DNA from: Candidatus Iainarchaeum sp.
GTDB lineage: Archaea > Iainarchaeota > Iainarchaeia > Iainarchaeales > 0-14-0-20-30-16
DNA length: 32,000 nt
Assembly (NCBI GenBank): GCA_028710695.1
Contig: JAQTTP010000002.1
Span: forward strand, 1 to 32,000
Direction: 5' to 3'
Shown piece after piece: positions 31,409 to 32,000 of the stretch; position 1 is the stretch's first letter; each line of letters starts with the position of its first letter. The position numbers and the translations under genes were made by a program. The notes under the pieces were generated by a model that did not search any database, was not told the origin of the DNA, and saw only the letters and a list, made by a program, of their open reading frames with translations.

Positions 31409-32000
31409 TTATTCCTGCTTCACAAAAGCCCCATCTTTTATTGTTTTCATTATTATTTCTTTTACTGTATCTCCATCTTCATTCATTGTTGATTTACCGC
31501 TTGCACCATCAAAATCTTTTATTTTATATAACTCGTTTTTTATACATTCTGTATCTAATTTTCCACAATTATCATATGCTAATTTTAACATATACACCAC
31601 ATCATATCCCAACGCTGATGCACCAGAAGGAACGTTACCATATTTTTCCAAAAATGAATTATTGTACTCTTTTGATTTTTTGTTAGACAAATCAAAAAAA
31701 TGAGTATATATTGCACCATCCAATTCAGGTATTTTCAAAACTTCAGATCTTTCTATTGTATAGCCTGCAAAATAATTAAATTTCATTCCAAGTTCTTCGC
31801 TTTGTTTCATCATTGCCATTGTTTGTGAAGCAGATAAAATAATAAACATATTTTTCAATTGTGCATCTTTCATTTTTAAAATAAATTCTTTGTACTCAAC
31901 ATTATCTGGCACAAATTTTTCAGCAACAATAATTTTTCCGCCCAGATTTTCATATTCTTTTTTGAACCCTTCAAAGTAACTAGTCCCAGATTGGGTGTTT
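31409..32000 (-). CDS. Type I periplasmic-binding-fold (LivK-like) substrate-binding protein, 5'-truncated by the window edge.
   Basis: The C-terminus 'FDGASGKSTMNEDGDTVKEIIMKTIKDGAFV' is LivK-like. The frame stays open upstream of the track GTG (...NTQSGTSYFEGFKKEYENLGGKIIVAEKF-VPDN) to position 32000. Confidence 0.65.
   Translation of the reverse strand, partial: NTQSGTSYFEGFKKEYENLGGKIIVAEKFVPDNVEYKEFILKMKDAQLKNMFIILSASQTMAMMKQSEELGMKFNYFAGYTIERSEVLKIPELDGAIYTHFFDLSNKKSKEYNNSFLEKYGNVPSGASALGYDVVYMLKLAYDNCGKLDTECIKNELYKIKDFDGASGKSTMNEDGDTVKEIIMKTIKDGAFVKQE

Noticed and set aside
1-32000. Mobile elements, integrases, transposases, rRNA genes and CRISPR-Cas.
   Set aside because: No ORF has recognisable integrase, transposase or Cas motifs, and there are no terminal inverted repeats or rRNA-like sequence. 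The only hint of horizontal acquisition is the compositional outlier at 28801..29448.

Overview
AT-rich archaeal window. It encodes eukaryote/archaea-specific ribosomal proteins (eL14, eL18, eL19, eL32, eL34, eS4), RNA polymerase subunits D and N, aSUI1, RNase P Rpp29 and an intron-containing tRNA. It most likely comes from a small-genome, DPANN-like archaeon.

Layout:
- About 21.7 kb (6494..28164) is one co-directional minus-strand ribosomal super-operon. Gene order is uL3-uL4-uL23-uL2-uS19-uL22-uS3-uL29-SUI1-Rpp29-uS17-uL14-uL24-eS4-uL5-uS14-uS8-uL6-eL32-eL19-uL18-uS5-uL30-uL15-SecY-DUF106-eL34-Cmk-like-eL14-uS13-uS4-uS11-RpoD-tRNA-Leu-eL18-uL13-uS9-RpoN-enolase-uS2.
- Left flank (1..6500): an envelope cluster (LtaS/sulfatase-like, GT4 glycosyltransferase, membrane-anchored double-HKD PLD-like protein), a DHH/DHHA2-methyltransferase fusion, and a convergent RHH/PIN pair.
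- Right flank (28358..32000): a tight five-gene minus-strand cluster (methyltransferase, cupin, N4BP2-like P-loop kinase, archaemetzincin-like protein, ASCH), then a partial LivK-type binding protein.

Start codons: many track ORFs beginning MI[IV]M or similar start inside the Shine-Dalgarno element GGTGAT. I moved those starts to the downstream ATG.

Main second-look items:
1. The uS2 TGA stop is followed in frame by a 48-codon GC-rich RGG tail.
2. Lysine-rich PKVEAK-type extensions occur on at least six ribosomal proteins. One ~62-95 nt module is shared between the uS9 N-terminus and the uL22 C-terminus.
3. The five-gene kinase/ASCH/metzincin-like/cupin/methyltransferase cluster has no known function.
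4. A pyrophosphatase-like DHH domain with substituted catalytic residues is fused to a SAM methyltransferase.
5. A cytidylate-kinase homologue lacks a P-loop.
6. tRNA-Leu(UAA) carries a 96-nt structured intron.

No CRISPR array, rRNA or mobile element was seen.
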